Positions 9,872 to 19,230 of a stretch of 64,000 bases of DNA are shown in pieces. Source of the DNA: Candidatus Latescibacterota bacterium. Its GTDB lineage: Bacteria; Latescibacterota; CBDEFO01. Position 1 is the stretch's first letter. Every line of letters begins with the position of its first letter. Under the pieces are notes generated by a model that searched no databases, was not told the origin of the DNA, and saw only the letters and a list, made by a program, of their open reading frames with translations. Made by a program: the position numbers and the translations under genes. The stretch covers positions 2,880,001 to 2,944,000 of the forward strand of contig OZ252149.1 in NCBI GenBank assembly GCA_965248755.1, read 5' to 3'.

Positions 9872-11017
9872 CTACCTCACAAAATAGATTAGAGTTATGG
9901 GTATAGCAAAAAATACCAGCAGAATGTACGCAAGGGGTATGGCCTTGCTCTTTAAAGAGAAGTTTGCCAAGGCTCTGGATAAAGATATAGGTACCTTTCT
10001 AATCGGCCAGATTATAACTATCCCGAACACGTTAAATATCAGATGGGCGAAAGCCACAGTTACAGCCGCTATGTTTCCGGTCGCGAGCGAAGCTAAAATA
10101 GCGGTCACGGTGGTGCCTATGTTGGCTCCCAATGTGAAGGGAAATATCTGTTCTAAGGTCAAGATTCCCGCTCCTGCCAGTGGCACAACGATAGCCGTGG
10201 TTATGGAACTGCTCTGAACCATAACAGTTAATATCATCCCGAAGAGCATCGCCCTTAAAACGGTCCTGAAGATGTACCTGTCGAAGAAGACCTCAATTCT
10301 CGATAAGACTAGGGATTTTAAGGTAATTACAATATATCTTAAGGCCATAAAGAGCAGTGCCAGAGACGCTATAATCATCAGAAGCTCTGCCAGATCGATC
10401 TTAAATAATGTGATCTTCCCGGCAGCATCAATCATCACCTTTTCGATAAAGCCAACAGCCGGCTGAACTATCAGCTTAATGGGACTGGTGAATTTCAATC
10501 CCCCCGCCTTGTCGAAGACGCCCGCAAGCCATCCTGACGCCCATCCGAGTATATTAGTCCAAAGATGTAAGGGAAAGAGAATAACCACAGCTGAAAGATT
10601 GAAAAAGTCGTGAACTGTGGAACTTGCGAACGCTCGCTTGAACTCATCGCTCCTTGAAATGTGCGCTATCGAGACTATGGTGTTGGTCACACTCGTCCCT
10701 ATGTTCGCCCCCATAACGATCGGGATAGCGTTTTGGATTGAGATCACGTCTCCTCCCACCATTCCCACCAATATAGAAGTCGTTGTGGAAGAACTTTGAA
10801 TCAGACTCGTAGCTAATATCCCTATCAACAGTCCCACAAACGGATTGGAGGTCGTCGCCAGCATCTCCTTTGCCGCGCCCTTTCCCAGCGACTTGAACGC
10901 CGTGCCCATCAAAGAGATGCTGACCAGGAAGATATATAAAAGCAGTAACAGCAATATAATCCTGCCGATTGTCTGACCTCTTTTAGGAGAATCCTCACTA
11001 ATTGCTACTTGAGCCAT
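9872..11017 (-). CDS. Na+/Pi cotransporter (NptA/SLC34-like)
   Basis: Two QSSS repeats and two GANIGT repeats; multiple hydrophobic segments. Confidence 0.92.
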   Translation of the reverse strand: MAQVAISEDSPKRGQTIGRIILLLLLLYIFLVSISLMGTAFKSLGKGAAKEMLATTSNPFVGLLIGILATSLIQSSSTTTSILVGMVGGDVISIQNAIPIVMGANIGTSVTNTIVSIAHISRSDEFKRAFASSTVHDFFNLSAVVILFPLHLWTNILGWASGWLAGVFDKAGGLKFTSPIKLIVQPAVGFIEKVMIDAAGKITLFKIDLAELLMIIASLALLFMALRYIVITLKSLVLSRIEVFFDRYIFRTVLRAMLFGMILTVMVQSSSITTAIVVPLAGAGILTLEQIFPFTLGANIGTTVTAILASLATGNIAAVTVAFAHLIFNVFGIVIIWPIRKVPISLSRALANFSLKSKAIPLAYILLVFFAIPITLIYFVR

Positions 11018-11033
11018 GTCCCTCCCTCAAAAA

Positions 11034-11091
11034 AGTAGACAGTAGACAGCATACAGTAGACAGTGGAGCGGGCACCATGCATATACTGTCT
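11034..11091. repeat. CAGTAGA heptamer repeat / GGGCACC element
   Basis: agtagacagtagacagcatacagtagacagtggagcgggcacc...tactgtct. Confidence 0.75.
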
Positions 11092-11291
11092 GGAATCAGA
11101 TCTCTTTCCATCGACAACGCCATAGAAGATGGTCAAAGATTATCCTGATGTCAAGTATTTGTTTGCAGATGATAGATAAAGGCAATATTGTGGAGCTAAA
11201 TCCTTGACAATGTGAGTGTGCTATCTAAAGAAGAACGATCTTCAAGGAGTCTAAAAGCGTCTAATATAAGAACTCAAGAATCAGTGTCCGC

Positions 11292-11320
11292 TTGACAATC
11301 CCTTCCATTATATGTATTTT
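11292..11320 (+). promoter_or_regulatory. Putative sigma70 promoter of the large OMP gene
   Basis: TTGACA-17 bp-TATTTT with TG immediately before the -10 box. Confidence 0.45.
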
Positions 11321-11377
11321 TTGAAAGTCCTTACAACCCAACAAGTTCCTATTCCCACAGGAATATTAGTTTTCCCC

Positions 11378-14300
11378 ATGACCAGACAAACAATCTTAAG
11401 CTTTCTGTTTGCAACCAACAGAGGTAAGAGACGGTGCCCCGTCTTGTGTCCACTGGTTCTGTCCTTATTCCTCGCTGTTTTGACCTCCTTTGTTGAAAGA
11501 GCCGAAGCTCGGGATAGCGCATATTCTCAAATGGAAGCGGAGGTGGAGTTAAAGGGAGACGGAACAAAAGGCCCCTATGCACTGGGCGATTATATAGTCA
11601 TAAAGGGCAGCCAGAGCGTGTGGGTGGACTCGCTTCTGAAGCGTCCCATAGAATATGACATAGACTACCTTGGGGGGTCGCTAACGTTCAAAGAGGTAAT
11701 ATCCTCTACCTCCGAAATTAAAGTCAAGTTTTTGAAACTCCCATCAGGTGTAAAAAGGGTCTATCGACACCGGAAAGCTGTACCATTTAAGGAGAAAGAA
11801 TGGACCCCCGAAAAGAATTACGGAGAGCTACAGAGCAATGAGTACAGCTCCCCTGCGCTTGATGAACGTTCAGATGATGACTTCTCCGATTTAGAGGTAG
11901 GGGGAAGCAAGACCTTCGGGATCAGCGTAGGCTCGAACAGAGATCTGTCCCTGGAACAGGCTCTCCGAGTCAACATATCGGGGAAGATAGGAGACGATCT
12001 TGAAGTTGTGGCCATCCTTTCGGACCAGAGCACGCCCATGCATCCTGACGGAAGCACAAGGGCTCTTAAGGAACTCGACAAGGTGCTCATAGAGGTAAGG
12101 TCGAAAGTCCTGTCGGCTACGTTAGGAGACATTGATCTGTCGTCGAACCATACGGAGTTTGGAAACTATAGTCGGAAGCTCCAGGGGATAAAAGGACAGA
12201 TATCTCTTGCAGAGGGGGAGGCAACGATATTTTCGGCAACGTCCGCAGGCAACTTTCTCACAAAAGAGATACATCCTATAGACGGCAGCCAGGGGCCTTA
12301 TCGGCTTACAACAGAAGACGGAAAAGATGATATAGTAGTGCACCCCGGAACTGAGAAAGTATGGCTCGACGGACGGCTCTTAACAAGAGGAGGGGATTAC
12401 GATTACACAATTGACTACAACAGAGCTGAAATCACATTCACGCACAGAAGGCCGATCACAGCTGACTCCAGGCTCGTGGTAGATTACGAATATGCGGATG
12501 GAACATTCCAGAGGAACTCTGTGGGGGGATGGGGCAAGAAGGAATTTGTGGACGGGAAGCTCAAAATAGGGGCCTCATTCATCCGTGAGGCCGACTCCCC
12601 CGTTGACCGCCGATTGAACCTACCGGGGGGTGACCGAAGATATGGTCTGCCTGATGGCTCTGAGGCCTTGGGCCAACCCCCGATTGAGCCTATCGGGGGC
12701 AAGCCTGCCGGCTCGCTCGACGGAGCGTTTTCCTTCGTCGGTTCCCAAAGAGGAGACTACAGATATACAGGAAGCGATTACGAATACGTAGGACCAGGAA
12801 GGGGAAGCTATTCCCTTTCCTCACCAGAGAGTTCTTCGACACTTTCTGGGGGGGCAGATATGCTTCCTACAGCGGTCATCCACCAGCTTTCAGCCCTCAA
12901 TCTCCTTTTTTCGCCCGACAGCAGATTCAACATCTCAGGTGAAATCGCCCTCTCCAATGTTGAACAGAACATCTTCTCTAATAAGGACGGCGGAACGCCC
13001 GCTGCAAATGGAGACAATTTCGGAAGAGCCTACAGATTCCATCTATCCACATCTCCTTATGAAATAAGGGCCTTCGGGAGTTCCGCAGGCTCTGTACAAT
13101 TCTCAGCCCTTCACAGGGCGCTCGGCGACAACTTCTCTCCCGCAGGTAGGATAAGGGAGGCGGAGGAGAACAGGAGATGGGGCTTGAGCCTGTCACAGGC
13201 TGTAGAAGGGGAGACGCTGCAGGAGTTCAAAGCCGCGCATCTTCTTACCTCGCGCTCACGTTTGAGCATAGGATACGGACGCATACGAAGGGAGAGCGGA
13301 TTCAGTGGACAGAGGCGTGAATTGTCCTTGACTATATCAGAAAATAACCTTCCTGAACTTGGGTACTTCCTTGAAGTTATAGACAGAAGCGGGGATAATG
13401 CTTTTGTCCCTGGAAAGATCACAAGACAGTCTGCAGAGGCACGGGCTCAGATCTGGAGACTGAGGCCCGAGCTTTCCTTTGAAAACGAAAGATCCCGAAT
13501 GAACGTCAGGGAGTTTGAAGAAGGCTATCCAGGCTCGAAATCTGGATACGATCGGATCGAAGGTGAACTCTCCTCCATCGGCTGGGGACAGCTTGACTGG
13601 TCGTCCTCCTTTGGTATTAGGAAGACACATGGTATTAGGACGAGACATAATTCTGTTCCTTTGTCGTTCGACGCCGACAGTTCAAAAGCCTATACAGGAT
13701 TGCACCGTATCAAGCTGAACAACTGGCGATCGCTCAACCTTTCCGCCGAGTACTCCCACAGAAAGAGAGTTGAGTTGGGTCCATCAGGGGATGAGACTAA
13801 GAGTGACCTTGCCCGCATTAAGGCCAACTTTTCTCCAGCCAGGCGTTCTTTTTTTGGGGACCTGGACTACGAAGTTTCCAGCACACAGACAGCCACAAAG
13901 ACGAGAAACTTCATCTATGTGGGACGAGGAAGAGGCTCTTACGTCTGGGAGGACAGGGACCACGACAGAATCCAGGACGAAGAGGAGTTCATACCGGACG
14001 CTGAGGGCGATTACGGGCTCTACATAGAAAGGACGGGCGACTTCCAGCCTGTAAGGGAGATATCTGCAAACCTGGCGTTCAGATTCGACCCCAAAAGGCT
14101 GCTGAAGGACACAAGCTCGTCTCTCCTTGAAAGGATCGTCCGGGCAATATCCATAGAAACATTTGCAAGGGGCAAGCGTAAGACCCTGAGAGAATCAAAA
14201 GCAGGCTACTTCGATCTATACAGATTCCACCTGGGCGACTCCGTGATAAAGGGCGGAAGATCCCTCAGAGGTGACATCTATCTTTTTCGCTACGCACGTC

Positions 14301-14893
14301 CCCTGTCAGCGAGGATTAGATATGATTCCAGGGACGATCTGGACAGGGAATTTTCGATCGGAGAGGTGAAGAGATCAACCGTTTTGAAGTCTTTCAGAAT
14401 CAGGTCCAAGTTTGCCAGACGATCCGACGCAGAAATAGAATATACCGACAGAGCGGACAAAAGAGCTGGAAAGTCAGGATTTAGCTTCGACATATTATCA
14501 CGCAAAATCGAACTCAAGGGTACTTACAGACCGAAAGACCACATACAGACTATCTTGAACGTCACAGCAGGAAAAGACCAGAACAGAGTATCTGGAACTC
14601 CCGTCGCTGCAAACTATATAAGCATAAAGCCCGAACTGTCCAGATCGATTAAAACAAAGGGGAAAGCAAGAGCCCAACTTGGCTGGACTAAGGTCTCCTC
14701 CAATCCGCACGGTGCTTCCTTACCGTTACAGATGGCGGAGGGCAAAACACAGGGAAAGAATATAGACTGGAATTTAGGATTCGACTATAAGGTAGGGCGT
14801 TATCTTACGATGATAGTCTCTTACAGAGGGGAAAATATCCCCGCCAGAGATGTGAGGCATACTATGAGAGCCGAGATGCGAGCGTTCTTCTAA
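11378..14893 (+). CDS. Large putative outer-membrane beta-barrel protein (FCB-type conserved hypothetical)
   Basis: Hydrophobic N-terminal signal-like segment, amphipathic beta-strand pattern, C-terminal EMRAFF; ATG 11378 preferred because 11312 lies inside the predicted promoter. Confidence 0.65.
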   Translation: MTRQTILSFLFATNRGKRRCPVLCPLVLSLFLAVLTSFVERAEARDSAYSQMEAEVELKGDGTKGPYALGDYIVIKGSQSVWVDSLLKRPIEYDIDYLGGSLTFKEVISSTSEIKVKFLKLPSGVKRVYRHRKAVPFKEKEWTPEKNYGELQSNEYSSPALDERSDDDFSDLEVGGSKTFGISVGSNRDLSLEQALRVNISGKIGDDLEVVAILSDQSTPMHPDGSTRALKELDKVLIEVRSKVLSATLGDIDLSSNHTEFGNYSRKLQGIKGQISLAEGEATIFSATSAGNFLTKEIHPIDGSQGPYRLTTEDGKDDIVVHPGTEKVWLDGRLLTRGGDYDYTIDYNRAEITFTHRRPITADSRLVVDYEYADGTFQRNSVGGWGKKEFVDGKLKIGASFIREADSPVDRRLNLPGGDRRYGLPDGSEALGQPPIEPIGGKPAGSLDGAFSFVGSQRGDYRYTGSDYEYVGPGRGSYSLSSPESSSTLSGGADMLPTAVIHQLSALNLLFSPDSRFNISGEIALSNVEQNIFSNKDGGTPAANGDNFGRAYRFHLSTSPYEIRAFGSSAGSVQFSALHRALGDNFSPAGRIREAEENRRWGLSLSQAVEGETLQEFKAAHLLTSRSRLSIGYGRIRRESGFSGQRRELSLTISENNLPELGYFLEVIDRSGDNAFVPGKITRQSAEARAQIWRLRPELSFENERSRMNVREFEEGYPGSKSGYDRIEGELSSIGWGQLDWSSSFGIRKTHGIRTRHNSVPLSFDADSSKAYTGLHRIKLNNWRSLNLSAEYSHRKRVELGPSGDETKSDLARIKANFSPARRSFFGDLDYEVSSTQTATKTRNFIYVGRGRGSYVWEDRDHDRIQDEEEFIPDAEGDYGLYIERTGDFQPVREISANLAFRFDPKRLLKDTSSSLLERIVRAISIETFARGKRKTLRESKAGYFDLYRFHLGDSVIKGGRSLRGDIYLFRYARPLSARIRYDSRDDLDREFSIGEVKRSTVLKSFRIRSKFARRSDAEIEYTDRADKRAGKSGFSFDILSRKIELKGTYRPKDHIQTILNVTAGKDQNRVSGTPVAANYISIKPELSRSIKTKGKARAQLGWTKVSSNPHGASLPLQMAEGKTQGKNIDWNLGFDYKVGRYLTMIVSYRGENIPARDVRHTMRAEMRAFF

Positions 14894-14965
14894 AGAAAGT
14901 GGACAGAACACCGTCTCTCATTAGCCACCGAGGCACAAAGATATTAAAATTAGTATTTTTGTGTC

Positions 14966-15008
14966 ACCCCCCTGTATCCCCCCTTAATAAGGGGGGAATT
15001 AAAGGGGA
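14966..15008. repeat. REP-like palindrome CCCCCTTAATAAGGGGG between convergent genes
   Basis: cccctgtat-cccccttaataaggggg-gaattaaagggg. Confidence 0.6.
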
Positions 15009-15023
15009 GTCGCTAACCTTATC

Positions 15024-16388
15024 CTATCTACTGTTTACTATCACTGACGATCCATCCAGGTCATCAGGGTGGCAAGGCCACTTTTCAACAGGTAGTTCCA
15101 TCAGTTCAAGGACAGTGGGGAAAGAATCGCCTATCCATATTTCTCTGTCTCTTTGTATATCTTTGCCCCTTATGTACAAAAATGCGTCGTCATAAGTATG
15201 AGTTCCCGTAAAGACATCTTTTTGAAAGGGCGCATCCCTGTTGAAATCGCCTTTCAGATCGTAGCCTGCATTGGGTAAAGCTATCATGTCGGGGGCTCGA
15301 TCGTAGGCTCCGGTATCGTCTCTCGTGTATATCTCCTCTTTGTCTACTACCCTTCCTATGACGGGATCTCCTGTGTCAGGATCAGATAGTGCAAGTAACT
15401 CCCCTTTCAATCGGTCCTTGATAACATTGTAGTCTTGGGGATGCACAGAGCCTTTTGGTTCCCTCCCTTTAAGGTTAATGTAGATCCTGCCCGGAGCAAG
15501 GCTGTAAGCGCGCGACTCTGGGCGGATCGAATCGAGAGAGTCTCCCCCGAGTGCAAGCCATCCTCTCTCCTGAAGGATTCGATTTACGGCAACCTCTTTT
15601 TTGAGTGAGCAGAACCCGTGATCTGATAGGATCATCAGCGCTGTATCGTCGCCAAGCCTGCGGGTGAATTCTCCGAGTATTGCGTCTATTTTCCTGTAAA
15701 ATCTGATAAAGGCGGGAGCGTATACGGGATCGCCGCGCTCCCAATATTCCCACAGGAAATGGTGGAGCCTGTCGGTCTCCATGATGTGAACCATGAAAAA
15801 GTCCCATGTCTCTTTTTCCCAGAAGGCGCACATAGCCTCAATTTTCCTGTCGAGGACATAGTCCAGGTCTGAAAGGAGGAAGTCCGTGGACTCTTTGGCT
15901 CTTTTTATATCTATGTCTATGCGATAGCCCATCTTTTTGAGTTGATCTGATACATGCGCGGGATATGCGGCTCTGCCGATCTCGGTGCACAGGAATCCCG
16001 AAATGAGGACGCCGTTGATTTTTCTCGGAGGATACGTAATGGGCACGTTCATAGAGAAGACGCGTTTAGATAGATCGCTCAAGTGCTCCCAGAGCGTCCT
16101 GGACGTAAGGTCTAAAGAGGTGGGCACAAAGATTTCATAGGTACCCCGACGTCTGTCGGTAAAGCCGTATATATTGTGTCTGCCGGGGCTTACGCCCGTC
16201 AGAAAAGACGCCCAGGCTGTGGAAGACACGGAGGGAAGAGTGGAGAGCATAGGCTTGACAGAACCTTCTTTAAAGATCCGAGAGAGGTTCGGAAGGATCC
16301 CCTCTGATGTGAGGCGGCGTATGAGACTGTATGGGGTGCCGTCGAGGGCAATGACGACTATCCTTTTCCCCTTAGTCTTTATCAGCAT
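15024..16388 (-). CDS. Alkaline phosphatase superfamily nucleotide pyrophosphatase/phosphodiesterase
   Basis: IALDG, SSTAWASFLTG, ETDRLHHFLW, LSDHGF, GTH; RBS before ATG at 16388. Confidence 0.88.
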   Translation of the reverse strand: MLIKTKGKRIVVIALDGTPYSLIRRLTSEGILPNLSRIFKEGSVKPMLSTLPSVSSTAWASFLTGVSPGRHNIYGFTDRRRGTYEIFVPTSLDLTSRTLWEHLSDLSKRVFSMNVPITYPPRKINGVLISGFLCTEIGRAAYPAHVSDQLKKMGYRIDIDIKRAKESTDFLLSDLDYVLDRKIEAMCAFWEKETWDFFMVHIMETDRLHHFLWEYWERGDPVYAPAFIRFYRKIDAILGEFTRRLGDDTALMILSDHGFCSLKKEVAVNRILQERGWLALGGDSLDSIRPESRAYSLAPGRIYINLKGREPKGSVHPQDYNVIKDRLKGELLALSDPDTGDPVIGRVVDKEEIYTRDDTGAYDRAPDMIALPNAGYDLKGDFNRDAPFQKDVFTGTHTYDDAFLYIRGKDIQRDREIWIGDSFPTVLELMELPVEKWPCHPDDLDGSSVIVNSR

Positions 16389-16482
16389 GAAGTCTTCTCC
16401 GCAAGATATGGCCGCAACATATAGAAAGACGGGATATCTACTGTCCACTAACCTGGAGGGGCAGCGGCGCCCTGTCTCTTCT

Positions 16483-17871
16483 CTAACCAGACAGAATGTC
16501 TGCTCTACTGTCTGATTGCTTGATGTCGAAGAGATTCAGGACTGCAGGGGCTATATCCAGAAGGTGAAGACCCTCAAGTTTACGCCCCCTTCCGGGATTT
16601 TGAGGATCGTACAAAATGAATAAGCCATGCTGGGCGTGGTTGGCGTCGTCGGGGCCAAGGTCGGTCTCAAAGGTGCGGATGTCACCTATTCCGATGCCCC
16701 CTACTGATCTCCAGTATAGGTCACCGAAGTGGATTATGAGGTCTGAGGGGATGTTGCGGCACTCAGAGTATATCTCCTGCGGTTTATAGACTCTGGTGCC
16801 TATGTTGTTTCCATTTTCATCTGTGAGGGCTTCGAGCTTAGATACAAGTTCATCTCTGACCTCCTCATAGTCCCCCGGCGGAATGACCCCAGTTGGTTCT
16901 CTGCCCCTTACGTTCAGAAAGAGACGGCCGTAATATCCGCCTGAACCCCAGGCTTTTGTATTCTCCCAATCCACCTCTACTTTTTCAATCTGAGCGATGC
17001 CCTCGGGTTTACGCTTGATCTTGAGGTATCCCTCCTCTATCAGCCATTCGTTGATGCAGATGCCGCCGTCCATATGTTTGGCCCCGTGGTCGGATACCAC
17101 AAGGACTGCTGTATCGTCGTCCAAGAGCTCTAAAGTCTTTCCTATCTCTTTGTCTATGTAGATGTAGTAATCTCTGATGGAGTTTTTATAAGGAGAATCG
17201 GGAGAATGCTTGCGGTGCTCTTTGTCCCAGAACTTCCAGAAGCCGTGATGTATCCTATCTATCCCTATCTCCATGAATATAAAGAAGTCCCATTCCTTTT
17301 CGGTTAAGAGATGCCTTACGACCTTGAATCTCTTTTCGGTCATTTCGTATATCTGTCTTAAGAGATAATCCTTATCCTCCGTGCGGAACTTCCTGACGTC
17401 AACTATGTATTCGCCCACCAGCTTATCTATTTCCGCCTTCAGTGCAGGTGGATAGGTGTACTGTTTCGTTGTTGAAGGGGTCATGAAGCAGGTTACCAAA
17501 GAGCCGTTGATCGGACGAGGAGGGTAGGAGGGAGGGATACCGATTACGACGGACTTCTTATTATATCTGGCAAGTATGTCCCAGATGGTCTGTTCCTTGA
17601 CAGATCTGGAGTCTACGATGGCGAGGTCTTCGTAGCTGTAGTTAGCCCGGTTCCTGAACCCGTAGAAGCCGAGCCTCCCGGGATCTAACCCAGTCATCAT
17701 GCACATCCAGGCGGGGACGGTTATGGGCGGGATGATGCTCTCTAATTCTCCGTAGGAGCCTTCATCCATAAGTCTGCTCAAATGGGGAAGTTGGTCCTTC
17801 CATTCGTCAAAGACCAGCTCAGGAGCAGCGCAGTCGAGTCCGATAACAAATACTTTTGGCTGGTTTGGCAT
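16483..17871 (-). CDS. Alkaline phosphatase superfamily nucleotide pyrophosphatase/phosphodiesterase (paralog)
   Basis: IGLDCA, PITVPAW, DRIHHGFW, VSDHG, GPDDANH. Confidence 0.88.
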   Translation of the reverse strand: MPNQPKVFVIGLDCAAPELVFDEWKDQLPHLSRLMDEGSYGELESIIPPITVPAWMCMMTGLDPGRLGFYGFRNRANYSYEDLAIVDSRSVKEQTIWDILARYNKKSVVIGIPPSYPPRPINGSLVTCFMTPSTTKQYTYPPALKAEIDKLVGEYIVDVRKFRTEDKDYLLRQIYEMTEKRFKVVRHLLTEKEWDFFIFMEIGIDRIHHGFWKFWDKEHRKHSPDSPYKNSIRDYYIYIDKEIGKTLELLDDDTAVLVVSDHGAKHMDGGICINEWLIEEGYLKIKRKPEGIAQIEKVEVDWENTKAWGSGGYYGRLFLNVRGREPTGVIPPGDYEEVRDELVSKLEALTDENGNNIGTRVYKPQEIYSECRNIPSDLIIHFGDLYWRSVGGIGIGDIRTFETDLGPDDANHAQHGLFILYDPQNPGRGRKLEGLHLLDIAPAVLNLFDIKQSDSRADILSG

Positions 17872-17938
17872 TTTACCTTCCTGTGATATTCAATTCTGAG
17901 TAGCTACTAGTGCCTATTTATTCCACAATGGCAAATCT

Positions 17939-18092
17939 GTAGGGCAGACCCCAGTGTCTGCCCTGAAAATACAGCTAAATCGCGCACGTCAGACAGGAAC
18001 GTCTGACCCACCAGCAGAGCGTGTTGATAATGTGGTCGGTAGGACAGTCGCCGATAGATTCAATCGGGGATTTGTCTGTCCCCTGTCTACTT
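17939..18092. repeat. Cluster of distinct REP-like palindromes
   Basis: GTAGGGCAGACcccagtGTCTGCCC; GTCAGACaggaacGTCTGAC-CCACC; CCGATagattcaATCGGGG; ctgtctac heptamer. Confidence 0.65.
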
Positions 18093-19205
18093 GTTTCGAG
18101 TTTGCAGTTTCACAAAGGGAGGCCGGACGACTTCTGCGGCCTTACTGCTGCCTCTTATATCTACTGCGAGCTGCGTCCCTTCTTCTCTGTGATCCCACGA
18201 CACATATCCCATTCCTATCCCACATTTCAGGTAGGGAGAGAAGGTCCCGCTCGTTACAGAGCCTATCTCTTTTCCGTCTTTGCACAGTATCTTCTGATGA
18301 CTTCTGGGTATCGCCCTTTCCACCATCTTGAAGCCTACGAGCCTCTTTTTCAAGCCGTCCCTTTTCTGTCTCAGAAGGGCATCCTTGCCCACAAAGTCCT
18401 GGGTCTTATCCAGCTTGACCGTCCATCCGAGGCGAGCCTCCAGGGGCGTTACGTCCTCGGTAAGATCGTTCCCGTAGAGTGGGTATCCCGCCTCTAATCT
18501 CAGAGTATCCCTTGCGCCGAGGCCCGCAGGTACTGCGCCGTCTGTCGAGAGAGCCTCCCATATAGCGGCCGCATCGGACGGATCGCAGATTATTTCAAAT
18601 CCGTCCTCTCCAGTGTAGCCTGTCCGGGACATAATGCACTCTGCCCCTGTGGATATCTTCCCTTCCACGAACCAGTAGTAGCCAATGTCGGAGAGGTTTA
18701 CATCAGTATGTCCAGACAAGATCTCCTCAGCATCGGGACCCTGAAGCGCTATCATAGCGTATTCCGGGCTGACGTTTCGTGCCGATACATAATCAAATTC
18801 CCGGACTCTTTCTGCTGTCCACTCGTAGTCTATATCCATCCTTGAGGCGTTGACCACAAGGAGAAAGAGGTCTTCGCTGCGCTTTAAGCAGAGCAGATCG
18901 TCCATGATCCCACCTTTTTCATTGCACATAGGAGCATACAAGATTCTGCCCGGAACGAGGGAAGCAATGAGGTTCGGGAGCAGGTATTCCAAAAACTCTT
19001 CGGCTCTTTTTCCCCCGATCTCTATCTGTCCCATGTGGGAAATGTCGAAGATGCCCGCCTTCTGTCTGACTTTGAGGTGTTCAAAGTTTATGCCCTCATA
19101 CTGAACGGGCATCTCAAAACCTGCAAATTCTACCATTTTTGCACCAGCTTCAATATGCAGGTCGTAAAGCGGAGTCCTCTTAAGATCTCCTTGTGAACTT
19201 CCCAT
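18087..19205 (-). CDS. gcvT: Glycine cleavage system aminomethyltransferase T
   Basis: RTPLYDLH, FAGFEMPVQY, FDISHMG, ALQGP, RTGYTGEDGFE, GLGARDTLRLEAG. Confidence 0.96.
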   Translation of the reverse strand: MGSSQGDLKRTPLYDLHIEAGAKMVEFAGFEMPVQYEGINFEHLKVRQKAGIFDISHMGQIEIGGKRAEEFLEYLLPNLIASLVPGRILYAPMCNEKGGIMDDLLCLKRSEDLFLLVVNASRMDIDYEWTAERVREFDYVSARNVSPEYAMIALQGPDAEEILSGHTDVNLSDIGYYWFVEGKISTGAECIMSRTGYTGEDGFEIICDPSDAAAIWEALSTDGAVPAGLGARDTLRLEAGYPLYGNDLTEDVTPLEARLGWTVKLDKTQDFVGKDALLRQKRDGLKKRLVGFKMVERAIPRSHQKILCKDGKEIGSVTSGTFSPYLKCGIGMGYVSWDHREEGTQLAVDIRGSSKAAEVVRPPFVKLQTRNK

Positions 19206-19230
19206 AATCTTTACCCTTATCTATTTCTAA

